Under the pieces are notes generated by a model that ran no database searches, was not told the DNA's origin, and worked only from the letters and a program-made list of their open reading frames with translations. Both the position numbers and the translations under genes were made by a program. DNA of 63,711 nt, the filler included, from Octopus bimaculoides (lineage: Eukaryota), in assembly GCF_001194135.2 (NCBI RefSeq). It is 9 parts of 8 records of this genome, joined end to end, with 100 filler letters (N's around TTAATTAATTAA, not from the genome) between each part and the next. Parts side by side here need not be neighbours in the genome. Positions count along the whole stretch, not along the records: positions 60,805 to 63,711 come from NC_068987.1; 8 more parts are not named here. The stretch is one strand, 5' to 3'. This document shows positions 63,285 to 63,711 of this stretch, one piece after another. Within the stretch, counting starts at the first letter, position 1. The number at the start of each line of letters is the position of its first letter.

Positions 63285-63645
63285 GAAATAAAGTAGCTTG
63301 ATTACGAACCACATGGTTCCGGGCACCTTGGGCAAGTGTCTTCTACTATACCCTCGGGCCGACCAAAGCCTTGTTAGTGAATTTGGTAGACAGAAACTGA
63401 AAGAAGCCTGTCGTATATATGTGTGTGTGTACATGTTTGTTTGTCTGTGTTTGTCCCACAACATCGCTTGACAACCGATGCTGGTGTGGTTACGTCCCCG
63501 TAAACTAGCGGTTCGGCAAAAGACACCGATAGAATAAGTACTAGGCTTACAAAGAATAAGTCCTGGGGTCGATTTGCTCAACTAAAGGCGGTGCTCCAGC
63601 CTGGTCTCAGTCAAATGACTGAAAGAAGTAAAAGAGTGAAAGAGT
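63285..63645 (+). mobile_element. Young-looking SINE family 1 copy
   Basis: Head, (TA/TG) spacer and tail, with most CpGs intact. Confidence 0.88.
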
Positions 63646-63711
63646 AAATGACAATTCATGATTTTCTCGTAAGAGTTTATAATGCATTAATACATACATA
63701 CATATATATAT

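Overview
AT-rich, gap-ridden eukaryotic genomic scaffold, very dense in microsatellites ((TA)n, (CA)n, (GAT)n, (TAA)n). The repeat families (tRNA-headed SINEs, RTE and R4/Dong-like LINE ends, Tc1/mariner relics, Penelope-like termini) point to a coleoid cephalopod, most likely Octopus; this is an inference. Nearly all ORFs in the supplied track are microsatellite or gap artefacts. The only well-supported host coding sequence is four phase-compatible + strand exons (45770-48938) of an ankyrin-repeat protein. There are also weaker exon candidates and a promoter-like core near 23.5-23.8 kb. The most interesting unexplained structures are: (i) two type-I hammerhead-ribozyme folds on the + strand (35295-35364 and 46302-46347), the second inside an intron of the ankyrin gene; (ii) a ~390-bp-arm inverted repeat (23118-24313) whose loop holds YY1/E-box motifs and outward-facing splice donors on both strands; (iii) an old inverted duplication of an exon-like segment (19.7 kb / 20.7 kb); (iv) a TIR element with a 6-bp target duplication. 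All calls are by eye, with no database searches or folding runs.
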